64,000 bases of DNA from Ostrea edulis (taxonomy: Eukaryota). Within the stretch, counting starts at the first letter, position 1. Each line of letters begins with the position of its first letter. The stretch covers positions 71,858,001 to 71,922,000 of the forward strand of contig NC_079168.1 in assembly GCF_947568905.1 (NCBI RefSeq), written 5' to 3'. Below the pieces are notes generated by a model. The model searched no databases. It was not told the origin of the DNA and saw only the letters and a list, made by a program, of their open reading frames with translations. The translations under genes and the position numbers were made by a program. This document shows positions 12,790 to 25,749 of this stretch, one piece after another.

Positions 12790-13120
12790 ATTTCAAAAGT
12801 AGTCTATAAAGATACAATTTTTATTTGTCAGAGCAATAAAAACAACAAATATTACACACAAAGTCAATATTATGAAAGGGGCGTTGTGATAAATATCGTT
12901 GATACGTAGTCACTCACGGATATGTGAAAAATAATACGATAAATTGAACATGCTTTAGTTTATTTCAGAAATAGTCTATAAAAAGCCAGAGCAATGAAAA
13001 CACAAAGTCGAGATAAACGATTTATATACAACGTCAATATTATGAAAGGGGCGTTAAAAAAAAGATCATTGATACCTAGTCACGGATATGTAGAAATATA
13101 CAGCATATAACGATCAATTG
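12790..13120. repeat. Degenerate tandem duplication, unit about 170 bp
   Basis: TAGTCTATAAA, GTCAATATTATGAAAGGGGCGTT and TCACGGATATGT each occur twice in the same order. Confidence 0.75.
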
Positions 13121-13789
13121 TCTGGTGAGTTTTTGAATAGTAACTTTAATTGTTCTTTCTTTATTAAGACTCGGAAAACAAATATGATTTATCTTTTTAA
13201 ATTTACAGAAAACATGTTTACAGTACATGCAATATGCAAACATTTCTGTGAAAAAGTCAAAAGTCACAAGGCTATCGCGGTGTTATCTGTCAGTGACTCT
13301 CAAAATAAATATAGACATTTTCTCACTTCCGAGACACTGCTGCATATTACACGTATATTTGTATTATATCAAGTTTGATTAAGATAAACTAATCTGAACT
13401 AATCTGACCTTCTTCTATCTCTATATCAACAAGAGAATTTTGGAAATTGCCCGACGAGTTATGAATGAAAAATCGCTGCACTCAGCACGTATTTGTACTG
13501 TAGCTCAAACTTTATCAAGTAGATGACATCGTTTGGTGCAAAATTCAAAAAAATGATATGGGCCCTTAGACACACTCCAACCTATTCTGCACCTTGCTAT
13601 TTAGTTCAAACACGACTTCTATTAAGTTCACACATCTAACGAAAGTGAAACAATTACTTATCTCTCTGAACTGCACTGTTCTAGTAATACATGTATTTCT
13701 TTTCGTTTCAAGTGCAGAAAGTCATTATTTTTTATCTAATAATTGGCAGTGGGAAATGGCATTACACACAGATAAGCTTTAAGGGGTAC

Positions 13790-14010
13790 AAGATGCATAG
13801 ACCCCATTATTTACATACATTCTACCGTCTCGGAGGCCTTAAAGCAACTCTACAGTCTATAAATGAAATTTATGTTCTTAGACGCCCTAATTTTATGGCA
13901 AAAATAGATCTGTGTAAGCCATTTCTGCTTAATTCTACTTTGAGGTGTGACCATGATTTAACCAGACAAAAAATGATAACTGCAACGTTTAGTTTTGATC
14001 TCTCCGGCAA
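13790..14010 (+). mobile_element. Possible DIRS/Ngaro-type reverse transcriptase relic
   Basis: TLQSINE...NFMAKIDL resembles the conserved segment before the KxDL motif; flanks are degenerate. Confidence 0.33.
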
Positions 14011-16242
14011 AAGCAATCATCTTAGTGGTTCCGGACATTTCCCAGCGCTTGTTAATGTCGCAGGTAATTAGACATTGGTTGGAGGAAATTGGGCTTTTCT
14101 TAATGACCATTAATTTCATAATGGTAACCTGTGATAGAGCGGTTCAACTTCAAACATATGTTATAAACGCATTTTTATCAAATAATCTATCTTAAACAAA
14201 TATAACCTGACAAACGAATTCAAAGCATACCTACTATTGCTTAGCTGATACAGTTGAAAAGAATTATAATACATGTAATAATCTATATTTTGTTGCTTAT
14301 AAAGCATGGCAGACACACGGAAAGCACCTTGTCTGTCTAGGTGGAGTCAGTTTAGAAAGAAGCACTTGCATGCAGTTTAACATTTCGAAGCCTTTGACAT
14401 TGTCTATTTCAAAGCATCATTGACCTTACAGCAATTCCACGTGCAGGTTTCCTAACAACAACTCACAATCTAAAAAGTGGAAGCAGTAAACGAGGCCATT
14501 GATTGCATGAATTTATGTGTAGGAACAAGTACTATGGCCTAGACGTCCAATTCCTTTTAGCGGAGTTCCGATACACGATTAGATTCCTGGACCAATCGGG
14601 AACGCGACGAGTAAATGATGCTATAACTTCCTTGTTACTGGGGTCCAAAGTAAGTGACATAGCGGGTTCTGCTAATTAACAGATATGACCCTCTGCAGGA
14701 GAGCTTTTCTAGAGGGGGCCCAGGTGGACTGTTCCGTGACATGTATTGTGAATTCATTGTAATTTAAGAAGGGTGGTTGTCAAACTTTCCATACCTCCCT
14801 GCAAAGGGGAAGAGTGAGACATTCCAAAATATCTTTATTGCCCTTTACAACCTATTCAGAAATATGTAGTTCACTTTATATGGGGACTTAAAAATGGATA
14901 TAAATTATCATGAGGCATCATGTGTGCATTAATGAAACTATTGTGTTGAAAATACAAAATTTTCGGGTTCTACTTCTTCAATCGATTTCCTCTCAATGCT
15001 TTACATTGGTACGAGTGTATGGAAGACGTATCGATTCTCACGATTTTTTTTTACCAAAAAAAATCTCTCCTTTTATTTAATTTTTTTTAAATTTAATTTT
15101 GGCTCAATTTTATCTGAAGGGAATGAATAATACAGACAGATGTTTAAAAATTGCAGAAAATTTTGAAATGTCCTTCAAACCAATACTCTTTATTCACTTA
15201 GAAATAATCATGCAGAACAGCAATGCCTTCTATTAATTTGTTGGAATATGCATAATCAGTAGTTCCGAGAAGGGAGTTTTAACTGAAGTGACATTTTTTC
15301 CTATAACTTTTTGGTTTCATAGTGAAAATATAGTCATGATCATTATAAAAATGTAACATAGTGTGGTATTTAAAAAAATCTTTTAAAAAGAGAAGATGAC
15401 CGCATCGTGTTTTGTAATTATCATTAACATGCGTATACAGGTATCTGCACATTAAAGAAAGAAATTTTACTTTTTTAAAAATACATGAGGGTATGCCTGT
15501 AACTGTGACACTTTATGCCAGCATACTTCGTGAAGCACGTTAGCGCGTCAGGAAAAGTATTCTAGCGTAAAGCGTTGCTGTTGTTTTCAAAGATGAAATT
15601 AATTAATTTTATTTTTTTTTACATTTTACTTCCATTTCTGTTGGGATATTCACATCCGTTAAAATATTTATCAAAATTAATACGAACATTGTTCACATTC
15701 TTGAGGAAATGGCTATCATTTCAATTGGTAAAGATTTCGAAGGTTAAAAAAATTGAAATGTAAATATTAGATTATGAAAAATAATCATTCTTGGCTTGTG
15801 ATGAAGCAGGAAAATGAATTTAATAAAAAACGACCTAAGAGGACAATATTCAGTGTCCGAATTAAATACTAAATATGGTTAACACACTTCTGAAGACAAT
15901 ACATTCTCAACAAAGCCTTATTGTGTTCATATTTTAATTCATTCAACCACACTTTGGACATTAAATTCAACAATAACGGAATTTATGAATTTTTTTATTC
16001 ACTGACTTTAGTACATTGATGTAATCATTTGACAATCGCTTTGTAATAGTTCTGCAAGTCCATACGTTTGTTGCACCGTCTGCCGTATCAACCTCTGCGA
16101 AACGTTCCCAGCAATAGTGGCACACGTCTCCGTCCGAAAAGGTGTAGACCCTGGTTTTGAAGATGCAGATATCAGCACGAAAAGGCTCTTATATCTGTAA
16201 GTTTCTTGGCCGAAACCTCTTTCTTTTTCTCTCAAAGTTTTC

Positions 16243-16916
16243 TCAACGTCCGACAATTCTTTTTATAACACGGAATCGTCCTTTCTTTTGCACTAAAACA
16301 GCGGACACGACACTTTCAAATATCTGCTGGATTCGAACTTTGTCGGTCGAAGAACACTCAATAAAAGAGTGTCCACCAACCTCTCTGCAAAACTCAAAGC
16401 CTTCCTCAAATGTCACGTGACCGGAGTCATCTTCTCGTCTGAGGTCCACATGTGTGGCCACAAGAATAATGTTCTGCCTTTTGTTCATATTTCGTATGGT
16501 GGGTATCCAGAAGTCTTTTACATTTCTGAACGACTCCCGATCTACTGCACTGTAGCAGACGACAAACACTTCTCTGCTGCTATTTGTTGTCTTCGTGAAG
16601 TCTGTTTGGTACTACAACATGAACAAGACTGTTATATAAATTTTAGTAATTCTTGTGAAAGGTTGCAATGATAAAACTCAAATTAACGCATTCACGTTAA
16701 CTCTTTGCAAATAGTAGTATTTACCTCTCCACCAAAATCCGTAATGTTGACCAAGTACTTGTCTCCATAGACCGATACCACGGCAGTGTACTTCTCCATC
16801 ACCGTCGCCATGTATCCGTCAGGGGGCACCTGGCCAACGAACGACTGGATCAGGCTCGATTTACCGACCATCCCATCTCCGACTACAGAACAACTAACAG
16901 GCTTTGACACAACCAT
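16243..16916 (-). CDS. Atypical Rho-family GTPase paralogue 2, 186 aa; exons 16916-16725 and 16611-16243
   Basis: G1 GDGMVGKS, switch I YMATVMEKY, G3 DFGGE, G4 ATHVD, G5 ECSS. The 113-nt intron runs GTAAAT...TTGTAG and this acceptor keeps the frame (YQTDFTK...EVFVVCYS). First true ATG is at 16916 (the ORF-track start is TTG). Ends KKGRFRVIKRIVGR-stop. Confidence 0.9.
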
Positions 16917-18409
16917 ATTGCTTCTGTCTTGCTGAAGGCACAATTATGATTTAAAGAGGAACGAAAACATGCTATATAGGCATTCAAGATCTCCTGGAGG
17001 GGTAGACCATTGTTTTTCTCTTTCTTTGTTTCAACTTCACAGGGAGTATCGAGTTTCCCTCTATAGCTTTTTTTCTGAAATTTATACCTTCACGAGAGGT
17101 TATGCTGTCATTGTCGCGAAAAAATGCGACATTTTTTTTGTCAAGACACACTTATGCAACAGACACATCATATATACCTTATATATAATGAAATAAATCA
17201 TAGGGACGACCCGTTCCCTCTGAACAAATGAAAAAAGTTTTACTAATAAAAATGCAAATGTAGGGCCGGGCGAACACGGACCCCATATACGGGACCAGGT
17301 GCCCAGGAAGAGTCAGCATCCCCTGTTGACCAGTCACACCCGCCGTGAGCCCTATACAATAAGTCGTACGTTAGATTAAGATGAATTACTGTTTTGAAAT
17401 ACCAAAATATATATACATAAAGTGTATTTGCTCAGATAGATTGCATAGAATACTGTTATTCGAACTGAATAACCTTATCAGAATGTGTTTATCATTTTGC
17501 TATGGCTATGCATACAATTAAATGGTCAATTGAATCCTAACAAGCCATGTTGAGTGACATTGGAGGAATTTCATTAAATGTAGGTTTACACTATATATAA
17601 TACAAATTTGTCAGGAAACGGGGGAAAGTCCTTTTAACATAATTTTTTACTTCAATGAAAAAAAGAACGTTTTTCAGGAGTTTTTGTCCATTGATTTGCG
17701 GAAGAAAGATCTGGTTGTCAAAATTGTGCATGACTGCCTTGAATGAATAATGAATTGCTTTCATTTTAAAGGTTTTTTTCTGTTAAAATAGTTTCGCTGA
17801 CATGCTTTTATCTGTACACGGAAATGATTGCTGGAATGAAATGGTTTGCCTACCTTCACAGGCTTACAATGAACATACTCCCAATAAAAATGTAAGAAGT
17901 AAGGTGCATATACCATAAGTTACTCAATGTGTCTGATTTCGGACGTGACTATAAGGAAAACCTCACTGTAATTCAATTACAAACTGAAGAGCAATGCCCA
18001 ATTACAATGTATGCTTTGGTTATCTTCATTATAATAGTAGATATTTTAAAATCAATGGAAGTTCTTATGAAATAAAATTACTTTAATCATCAATCTTTTG
18101 CATCTTTCTTTTTTAAAAGAATGGTCGGCATAACTAATGCTTAAATTACATATCATAATCATATTCACCGTTTTAAATATATTACACGACATTTTCATTT
18201 AGTTTTAAAAAGGGGGGAAATCGTGTACAGTGATGTATTCTCATATAAACATACTGCATTTATTTTTGTGGTGGCATTAATATATTTTAAACTGGCAAAT
18301 CAGAGAAAATTATTACATATGATAAGGGTTCCATTTGCTTCCCAAGATTTGTTTTAAAATAAAGTATTCAAGAATCCTGATGCAATTCAGTTCTTCCTAT
18401 CAATTTAAC

Positions 18410-18690
18410 CAGTATGACCTAGACTTACAATCATGACAGCATAAAAGATGACATTTTCCCGCCATTTTCTGACACAAAATGACAATTTTGATTGAACAAA
18501 CTTCATATTCATGCCAGATTCATCTTCCACCATACTTTGGTGAAGGAATTATTTGTCTAAATCTGCGTCCTACATATATATTTTTTTATGAAAGACAAAT
18601 GTTCGCGAACTTGCGTAAAATTGAGCGCAATGTCTTAGATACATGTCTTAGAGACAGCCTGTATGTAAAACTGGGTTGGACGTGATTTAC
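18410..18690 (+). pseudogene. Possible TIR-domain remnant
   Basis: QYDLDL...KDDIFPPF...SCQIHLPPYFGEGIICLNLRPTYIFF loosely follows YD-x-P-LC-H-RDF-G-I-NI spacing across frameshifts. Weak match made by eye. Confidence 0.28.
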
Positions 18691-18861
18691 TATATGAGAT
18701 GTATAAAATGAGATTTGATTTTTCTTCAAAGCTGAGCTTTTATGCGTCAAAAAGGACTGTTATATATAGATAATTATAAAGTCCTTGTATATTATGCAAA
18801 ACAACTTACTCGAGAGTGTTAGAAAAGCAAATGAATATCCCATTCAAGATATTCATATGTG

Positions 18862-18931
<70 letters not shown>
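18862..18931. repeat. (TA)n microsatellite
   Basis: About 34 TA units with one interruption. Confidence 0.95.
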
Positions 18932-18932
<1 letters not shown>

Positions 18933-20005
18933 TCTACTTAATAAAAAAAATGCATACTGATTAGAAATATCATCCCACAAAATGCATCCTCTATACACCT
19001 ATAACTCGGTTACAAAAACTAATCTCACAGCAAGGTCAAGTGTAAGTGTAGCAGCACTTAATGAATAAAACATATTTTACAATGTAAACGGCAATAAAAC
19101 TTATGCTTTTTAAAACTTGCCACAACATACAAATAAATGTGTAATGTAGTGACTTCTAAATTTGCTTCATCATAGGTTGTTAAGTGCCAATTAAAGATCA
19201 ACAGAAAGGTAGTCAGAGCCCTAGACAAACTGAACCGCAACTCTTTTATTATTACAACAACCACACATCTTAACCATAATACACAAAACACGAAGATGCA
19301 AGTCCTGAACGCAGGGCACTGGGTTCTAAAATCTTCATTGTTCGTCTGTCTCTAGAAAGCAAAAGACCTGCGGTTTTGAAGGCTCCTGGTTATTATCATT
19401 GGTGGCAAACCTCTAATTAGCATTTATTATTGGGAATTTCCATTTTCTAACCTCTTTAAATGACCGTGTTTACCCAGGGTTAAACGTGTATTCAACACAT
19501 GCAGCTCAAGTGTCGGTTAAATACCCAAGTATGAATACATCAAAGTATATTATCGTATTTGAACTGCGCTTTTTAGTATAACGTCAGAATACAGAGAAGA
19601 AGATAGTACGATAGGTGTCTGTTGGCATCAAAAAGAAGCAGACGTGCTCCGAACAGACGTGACAGCCAAAAGTATCGCTAACATTCAGAAACATCAGGAA
19701 GTTAGGTTAAGCTCTCGGCCACACGTTTAATATATTTTCAAATGGCTTTTATTATGATAAACTTCGCAGTTAGTACGGTGTATCAGGAATCTTTCAAGTT
19801 GATGACTTCGTTTTTTTCCCCCTTCTGAATAGACCCTTGAATACCAGTAACACAAGGACAGCAAATATAATATGTTAATCCCACGGGTTATCACAATAAT
19901 TAAACAAGCTTATAGAAACATATTATTATACATCAGTATGAGAATTCTATGCAACGCGTAATCTGCTTGGTCTAGACAGTCACGTTTCAGGGATGATAAA
20001 ACTTC

Positions 20006-20576
20006 TTATTATATACTTTCAATTTCATCTCTTCTCTTTTCTTTAAAAACATTCTGGCCCGCAAATATTACGTCACAATCAATACACAAGCAAATTACTA
20101 CGTCGTTAATTTTCAAATTTTTCATCTTTTACTCAGTTAAACCGATAAAGTTATTGTTAAAAATAAAATTATTGTTAGTTTCTAAATGAAATTGAAAGTA
20201 TATAATAAAAAGGTTATAGACTTTGCATGGGAAAACATGACGACCTCGTTTTTTGTCGCGTAGACGGACCGAGCTTGCGAGGTCCGTTCGCGACAAAAAA
20301 CGAGGTCGTCATATTTCCCATGCAAAGTCTATAACCTTTTTATTATATACTTTCAATTTCATTTAGAAACTAACAATAATTTTATTTTTAACAATAACTT
20401 TATCGGTTTAACTGAGTAAAAGATGAAAAACACGAAAAATTTGAAAATTAACGGCGTAGAAATTTGATTGTGACGTAATGTTTGCGGGCCGGAATGTTTC
20501 CGGGCATATATCGTGTGATATATGCCCGCAAACTTTTAAAGAAAAAAGAAGAGATGAAATTGAAAGTATATAATAA
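20006..20576. repeat. Foldback element of about 570 bp with nested 23-bp inverted repeats
   Basis: Long inverted arms around the loop GAGCTTGCGA (20271-20280). TTATTATATACTTTCAATTTCAT occurs at 20006 and 20340 and inverted at 20186 and 20554. Confidence 0.9.
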
Positions 20577-21000
20577 CCTATAAATATCTCCCTCTCAAAC
20601 ATCATATCTCCCTATCATATTTACCTCTTGGGAAACCTCGTGCATTTCTCGTAAATTTAACGTCAAGGTAGACGAAGTGTATTGTGACGTCACAATAAGA
20701 CATTCTACTTTCATAGTTCGTAAGGCATAAAATATTCGGGTCTCTGATACACAGTTAAATCGGCTGGTTTTGGTTGATACAAAAACAAGCAAGTAAATCA
20801 GCATTCAAGGAGAATGGAAATACCAAAACTGGTTATCATATCACTGTATTTCGTTGTTTGTACCTTCTATCATAATACGTTGACGGAGTGGACATACCGT
20901 TAGGGCGATCTCAGCTAGGCCTACAAACAATGTATAGATGAGCGGACTCCAATTTCAAATGCACTTTTGTAGTTTTGCTTTGTTTCGATATAATAAACAA

Positions 21001-21139
21001 TTTATTGCATGAATGTTTGGGAGATATGAAGATTTATTCACCCAAGAAAAATCATATTCCCCGAGGGCAACGCCCGAGGGGAATATGATTTTTCTTGGGT
21101 GAATAAATCTTCATATCTCCCTCACTATCATGCAATAAA
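21001..21139. repeat. Palindromic hairpin element
   Basis: Perfect 44-bp arms (21019-21062 and 21078-21121) around GAGGGCAACGCCCGA, extended by TTTATTGCATGA / TCATGCAATAAA. Confidence 0.9.
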
Positions 21140-24100
21140 TGTATAATATTCCTTACACACGGACCACCAACCATTAGCAAAACAGCATAAAACGAGACGA
21201 GATACTGGTACATAATTAGTATTCTAATGTTTATCAAGTGATGAATACCTAAGATATTGAATGAAACAAAAACATATTTAAATCCAGAAAGAGTTTTTAT
21301 AAAAAAAGGAAATGCAAGGGGATTGTTCTTTATTTTGTTGAAATGGATGATTTATACCCATTACCTATCTCTCTTACATTGTGACATCTACAAATCCAAA
21401 GCAAATAGAACAGAGACGGACAACGCAGAAACCAAACACGAGCTACCATTCACCGGGTCTCCGGAACGGGAAACTTACACAATGGACAGGTTTTATGTAC
21501 ATCTTGTGGCAGACCGTAAATCAGAAAGATACACAGGTTCAAAAAGACGGTTCCATTGTGGGCTAAGATAAGTCCACAATATGGGGCGCCACAAGAAGCA
21601 ATCGGGAATACACATTAAATACAATGTCAATATCTTAAACAATTTGTTAACATGTGGTTTGTACACTGTAAGTCTGCGCCACTATTGAATAATTAAGTGA
21701 AAATCAAACATTTGGATTACTACGTACGGAAATTTCATTCATACTCTCCAATCCCCCATTCATGAAATTCATTAATAAAAAAAGCTAGCAGCTATTATTA
21801 CACAAGATGGAAGACATAGTAACGGTGAAATTCATGTTGTATCAAATTGATTGGGTTGTTCGAGCACATCGTCAGTTATCTGTCTCGTGCAATGTTTTCT
21901 TCTTCTTTTTTTTTAAAAACCTAACAATTCCATGAAAACCATTGGCAAACCCCTAACGTTCCTTAAAGCTAGAAAGAAGTAATCATTGAAAGCGAGGGAT
22001 AATGAGTAGATTTCAAGTACAAACTGATTCAGCTGACGAGCGCCCACTACAATGGAATCAAGATTACAATGGCGTCACAATTCCAAAGAATAACAAATAA
22101 ATATGGTTGTTTCTAATTACTTGGTTTCAATGTGACAACTACTAAAATAAGGAAAAGGCTCCAATGGCCAACGTACAAAACTCTATGTTAACATTTTAAG
22201 ACAAAGTTCATCACATATGACATTTCATTTCATTTCTGAATTTAAGTCTAAAGGATATCCATCTGTCCATCTAAAATACCAAGTACACTGTATATTAGAT
22301 AATTTTCAAAAGAGCAAAATTATGTGTGTTCAAATCAAAGAACACGCCCTCTGAGTTCAGTCGGTGAAATGCACTCTAGCTGGTCTAAACATGCCTTTGT
22401 TTTATGATTTAATTATTCTAATTGACATACTGACACACTGTAATGGAGAAATGAATATGGAGAGATATGGAAAGCACCGTAAGATGACATTTACTGCATA
22501 CCTGCATGTCCTTCGATTGGTTGAATGAAATAATTCATACGTTCATTTTGCAATCGTGCATGTATGACATTTTTGACAGTTGTGCAAACTATATCCAATA
22601 TCTTTAAATGAAATAGATGTAATTACAAATTATATATATGTCATATCATTTGAGTATTTTCAGTTGTCGGCTATCATTGAGAACATTTGAATTTTGTTCT
22701 GGCACGAGAGATGAACACGGAGATTCAGGTCTTAGTTCTGCCGTGTTTTGCCAGATTTTTACCACAATGGAGAGTAGATCGATGCGATGCCGATATCGGT
22801 ATTGTGTTATACAGAAAATAAAACTGCATTATCTAATAATGGTATTGTAGCACATCCCCATGAGATACGTGCTACAATGCATTGTCGTATCACTTCTGTA
22901 TCCACTGAGCGCTGCAACCCGATGAAGATTTTGGAATCTTTTGCCAAAATAGTGGCATTCCGGTACCTGCTGGGCGTTTCTCTTGTTTTTGGTCGCCGTT
23001 AAGGTGACAAACCAATTATTTTTCTCACTATCGTCCTTGATAGTAAAACTTTAAGCTAACGCTTGCTGGGAGCTGGAATGATTCAAAAGACCTTGTACTT
23101 TACCTCTATCTACAGAAAAAACACGTTGTATCAGACACGTGGACATGGTCATTAGGTAGGGGTTATGTTGGACAGTGGTCAAAGTCTAGTGCGGAAAAGT
23201 TAGGATGGGTTTTGTTTCAGTTTTAGCTTTTATGAGCAGAATATCGTGTCGTGCACATATACGCATGCATTTCATAAATCGACTGAAGAAGATTTCAATG
23301 AGCTTTAGTGGTGTTCCTCTGTAGTATTGATTTCAATGCATTTTTATGGTGGCTCTATTTCGAATTCTTTTCAATACGTCTAGAAACCCTCACTACGCTT
23401 TCTGCATTGTGAGACGTTCGCATTGTTCGTCAGTATCCGCATATCTATATTGTCTTTTCTCAGATAGCCAACTGCAGATTAATATAAATGAAAACAAATA
23501 TTGTATAGAATTTATTCTGGAGACATTTATGAGCTTAAAGGTTAAACCATTGCACCCTGTTACCCGTAATCACCTCGTGGTCCTTTTGGGCTAAACAGAG
23601 GCATGTCTAGAGATAAAAAGGAGTATATTTATGACCTAAATACTTCATCAAAATATATTTGGGCACTGTCATTCATAAAATGCATTCAGTAAATAACACA
23701 GGTTTGCCCTATAAGAGCACAATAAATAAGGAGTCGACGAACTTCAGCTGTCGCTGGGAGCTCCATACCCAACAAGTCAGTCTTTTCACACTTTCATTTG
23801 ATGACAGATATTCAAAATTTAAAAGGATCAAATTCAATTTCATAATTTATTAGTTTGTAAATTGATATATTCGATGGATCATTTTTACAACGATAATTAG
23901 TAACAGAATTTAACAACGATATCTTAAGAATGACAATATTGCACATCTTCCAACACATGACTGAAGTCAAGAAGCGAGTATTCACCAGGATTACAGTATG
24001 TCTCATGATAACCAGTTCCTCTTTTACAAAGTACCATACAAATGACTATATGTTCCTTGATGAATGCGATCTACACAAGCACACGGGATATACAGGATAC

Positions 24101-24198
24101 CCATACTGAAAGAACCGCTCCAGTGTGGTGAGACATTGGTCCTGTGGGGGGAGCCTTGGCAGCTTTGAATAGGAGAAGAGACCCTACGTCTCCATGCT

Positions 24199-24973
24199 TC
24201 ACCGGTTGTTCTTTCCCTGATTGGTTAAGATTTTCTTATTTCCCAAAGTGAGCTGAAGAGAAAGACCAGCCACGATCTGGAAGACCTTAGTAATTCCTAC
24301 TTTCTGGACAGCAGAACATTCCACAAAGGCAGATATATTGAATTCATTGCACAAATTCCTTCCCTCTTCTTCTGTGACGTGGTTTGGGTTATTCTCACAT
24401 CGCAAGTCTGTGTGTGTTGCTGCAAGCACAATAGGAATCTTTGGGTTGATGTTTCGGACCATTGGTAACCAGAAAGATTTCGCGTTGTGGAAAGAATCTT
24501 TATCCACCACATTGTAGCAGACGACTGTTACTAGATTACTGGACTGACAGTTTGGTCTCACGTGCAGATCCTCCTGTACAATGAAAAATACATTCTATAA
24601 GATATCCACTTTCATTTTGGAAGAAGGTACAAGGACAAATATAAATAAACACCATCTGACATTAAGGAAGCCAAGCTTTGAATAATTCACATTTTGATGT
24701 TCTCTCCCGATATATAAAAACACTGCTATGTAGTAATTCTGTAAGAAAATGTGCTCTTACCTCAATAGAGAGATCCGTTATATGCAGTGTATGCTTGGCC
24801 CCCGCCAGACTGAGGTGAGTGCTATAGTTATCCATGAATACTGTGGCTGTATAGTTGGGGGACAGCGTATATCCCAGAAATGAGCGAATAATGGATGTTT
24901 TACCAACCATCCCATCCCCAAGCATTACACAGCGGAGGCTGCTTCCCTTTCCGGTGTTTACCATGGTTTTCAT
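24199..24973 (-). CDS. Atypical Rho-family GTPase paralogue 3 with degenerate G3 motif, 195 aa; exons 24973-24761 and 24573-24199
   Basis: G1 GDGMVGKT, switch I YTATVFMDNY, G3 DLSIE, G4 ATHTD, G5 ECSA. The 187-nt intron runs GTAAGA...GTACAG. The ORF is open but the C-terminus (GNKKILTNQGKNNR) diverges from the other four. Confidence 0.87.
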
Positions 24974-25044
24974 TACAAGAGAGGAGATCTGCTAACTCAA
25001 GTCTCAAAGAACACGTTTTAATTTCGTAACTTTCACATAAGTAA

Positions 25045-25079
25045 TTTATATAGTGAAGAGGCACGATCTCCTGACCAAT
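25045..25079 (-). promoter_or_regulatory. Putative core promoter of paralogue 3: TATA box and CCAAT box
   Basis: CTATATAAA on the minus strand (25053-25045) about 70 nt upstream of the ATG, with CCAAT at 25075-25079. Confidence 0.45.
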
Positions 25080-25749
25080 AGGAAATGTGGTTAGAAAAGA
25101 CGTAGGTAGGGTATGTCGGGTTCAGTGATTAGACACCCGTGACCTTGTTCAGGGTGGTTGTTTACTCCGCCGTGTGTACGTAAAGCATTAAAATGACAAT
25201 GCTGAGTTTATCTTTAGGATGTTTAAAAGTGTATTTAGTGCCGCAGATGATAGCTGTACAAAAGAAAAAAATCGGGAGGTGTATTTACGATTATCATCAG
25301 TCTGTTGGAGAAATTCAATCCTTTTTGGATATGTAGTTCGTCAGCCCATGAACTATATACATCCCACTTCTTTTTAAAATATCTCTGTCCTCTTTATCTA
25401 TTAACAAAGTGCGATGACAAGTCGAATAATAACATTAAGCTTTTGATCCTTTCATTTATTCTGATATAAGATATTGACACCTTAGACATAATTTTAGTAA
25501 TAAGTACTAATGTGACCTGTACTAGGTAAATATTACGCATTTAAAACAACGATAATTTGTATGCATTCAAGAAGGTTCCTATGGGTGTTATTGAAACCAG
25601 AGTGATATTTGATGGCTTTGCCCTCAAGTTTGGCTAAACTGGACACTTGAAATCTGGGATGTTATGGAAATTTTTATCTTTGTATCAGAATTTACCCTAT
25701 GCCACTCAATATCACTGCCTCCTTCTCTAGGATGTGCCAATCCTCACCC

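Noticed and set aside
16692-16943. ORF-track extensions of the GTPase exons (e.g. [32 protein letters not shown])
   Set aside because: They come from non-ATG starts or read-through into introns; the GT-AG junctions give better-conserved proteins.
22638-23002. GC-richer stretch with overlapping short ORFs between paralogues 2 and 3
   Set aside because: No frame gave a recognisable motif; I cannot assign it without a database search.
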